Assembly: GCA_033764015.1 (NCBI GenBank)
Contig: JANRJK010000017.1
Span: 1-64,000, forward strand
DNA length: 64,000 nt
Source: Candidatus Sumerlaeia bacterium
GTDB taxonomy: Bacteria > Sumerlaeota > Sumerlaeia > SLMS01 > JANRJK01
Direction of reading: 5' to 3'
This document shows, one piece after another, positions 62,505-64,000 of the stretch. Under the pieces are notes generated by a model. It had not been told where the DNA came from. It saw only the letters and a program-made list of their open reading frames with translations, and did not search any database. How positions within the stretch are numbered: position 1 is the first letter of the stretch; the number at the start of each line of letters is the position of its first letter. Position numbers and translations under genes: made by a program.

Positions 62505-64000
62505 CGGGCGTACTCCTTCGCGAGGCTGTTGAGGCGGACGCGGCGCGCGGCGCCCCAGGCGAGTCCGAACAACGCGAGCCCCACCGGGGCCGCGAGCGTG
62601 CCGAGCAGGCGGCTCCTACCGCGCTCCTCCTCCGAAAGGCCCGCGCGCAGGAAGGACACCTCGACCCGCCGGGACCTGATCCGCGTCAGGTCGTCGCCTA
62701 CGCTGAAGGTCTCCGTCAGGTTCTGCAGGAACGCGACCGTCGACGACGCCAGGTTCGGATCGAGGTTAGAAATCTGCTGGAGGATCTGGCCGCTGAATGC
62801 GTATGGCGAACCGATCACCACCAGCTTCGCGCCTTCCTCCGCCGTTTCACGGTAGACCGGCGGCTGGTAGCGGGTAGACCGGACGAAGAGCGAAGGATCA
62901 TCCATCCTTCTCGCATCCTCGCCTGGAGGGATATCCTCCCGCTTGAAGAAGGACTTGAATGGACCTTCCAGGATTACGGCCACCGGCACCTTGCGCGTCT
63001 CGCCCGGCGCCTTTGCGCCCGGCGCGGGTTGCTGCAAGTCGAAGGGCGGCGTGGTCTGCGTGTCGCCGGCCTCCGTCGTGGTCAGGAGCAGTTCGCCCCG
63101 GAAGCCCTCCGGCATCGGATCGGGTAGGGCGACTTCCGACGCAAGCGGCGCCAGGACTCGCTGGACTCGGCGAAGCGCAGGATAGGTGCCCGAGATGTTC
63201 TCCTGAATCACGACCGGAAAAATGGGGTTGGGCGACAGCTCCGCCAGGCGCAAACCCCCGCGGCGGCCCACTTCCATCGGCGTCCGCAGCGACGACTCCC
63301 AGTCGCGCACCAGCGCCGCCCGAAGGTCCACGCCGTAGTGCCGGACCAGATCGCGGAAGTTCGGCGCCGTCGCGGAGTCCTGGAACATCGCGAGTTGATT
63401 CTCGTAGTCCTCGCCGCCCACAAGCGCCACCACGGGAACGCCCGAGAGAAGCGTCTGGTCGATCTCGTACATCTGCCTCGGGGTGAGGCGCGCCGGCGCC
63501 GAGACGACGGCGAGCGACACCCCCGGCGGCATGAAGATCGGCTTCCCCCCGCTCGCGTCGATCACCACGGGCTCGTAGAGGTCCACTAGGCCGAAACGCT
63601 CGAGCGAGGACGCGAGGGTGAAGAACTCCTTCTGCGGGGAGTTGTCGATGAAGGCGACCACCGGCCGCTTGTCCATGGTGAGGCGAATCACCGCCCGCGC
63701 CACCTTGTACTCGAATTCCTCAGCCATCGGAATCTCCATCACCTCGGTCTTGTCGAGGTGCTGGAAGGCCATATGGAAATAGACGTTCCGGACGGTGAGC
63801 TGGTTGCGCTCCATCACCTGCATCTGCTGCGGCTCGATGCCGAGGCGCTCCAGTTCCTCGAGGCGCTTCTCCTCCTCCTCGTTGGTCATCGCCACGGCGG
63901 CGATGCGCAGTTGCGGGACCTTGCTCGCGAGCTCGCGCAGCATGTCCTCCGCCGTCTGCCGCGGGGCGAGGAGCTGCGGCGGCAGGTCGGGCGAGACATA
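62501..64000 (-). CDS. GldG-like ABC-transporter auxiliary component (5' end outside the window)
   Basis: GI.P.Q...YF, EY.VARA.IRL, IDQ.LL.G, LEG.FKS.F, L..IRSR and a C-terminal TM; the frame is open to the window edge. Confidence 0.75.
   Translation of the reverse strand, partial: YVSPDLPPQLLAPRQTAEDMLRELASKVPQLRIAAVAMTNEEEEKRLEELERLGIEPQQMQVMERNQLTVRNVYFHMAFQHLDKTEVMEIPMAEEFEYKVARAVIRLTMDKRPVVAFIDNSPQKEFFTLASSLERFGLVDLYEPVVIDASGGKPIFMPPGVSLAVVSAPARLTPRQMYEIDQTLLSGVPVVALVGGEDYENQLAMFQDSATAPNFRDLVRHYGVDLRAALVRDWESSLRTPMEVGRRGGLRLAELSPNPIFPVVIQENISGTYPALRRVQRVLAPLASEVALPDPMPEGFRGELLLTTTEAGDTQTTPPFDLQQPAPGAKAPGETRKVPVAVILEGPFKSFFKREDIPPGEDARRMDDPSLFVRSTRYQPPVYRETAEEGAKLVVIGSPYAFSGQILQQISNLDPNLASSTVAFLQNLTETFSVGDDLTRIRSRRVEVSFLRAGLSEEERGRSRLLGTLAAPVGLALFGLAWGAARRVRLNSLAKEYAR

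Overview
A very GC-rich, densely coding bacterial chromosome segment, mostly housekeeping and metabolic genes. It carries an acyl-CoA carboxyltransferase, enoyl-CoA hydratase, serS, icd, mqnA, secA, tRNA-Leu(CAG), tRNA-Lys(TTT), dcd, kpsF/kdsD, a ClC channel, cydAB, ppx-CHAD, a long greA and bshC. KdsD and lipoproteins point to a diderm. The long GreA, futalosine pathway, pilin type and PT-linker proteins are compatible with a PVC-adjacent or candidate-phylum organism, but that is weak inference. Accessory content: a complete Hen1-Pnkp RNA-repair pair; an adjacent AT-richer islet with an orphan immunity-like gene and a collapsed IS5-family remnant; a five-gene SWIM/DUF5691/MoxR-AAA/DUF5682/vWA (Yeh-type) cluster; and a secreted GH57 with three CBM repeats. 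The most unusual locus is secA. Its SecA has an approximately 135-residue insertion resembling the small C-terminal domain of AMP-binding (adenylate-forming) enzymes and lacks the C-terminal SEC-C zinc motif. Upstream on the same strand, a small ORF with an N-terminal hydrophobic segment ends in RGPP and is a candidate SecM/RAPP-type ribosome-arrest monitor; an ogt gene lies between it and secA. A 61-codon mini-gene fusing the extreme N- and C-terminal motifs of TreS is also notable. No CRISPR array, rRNA or intact mobile element was seen. All family calls come from motif recognition by eye, not database searches.
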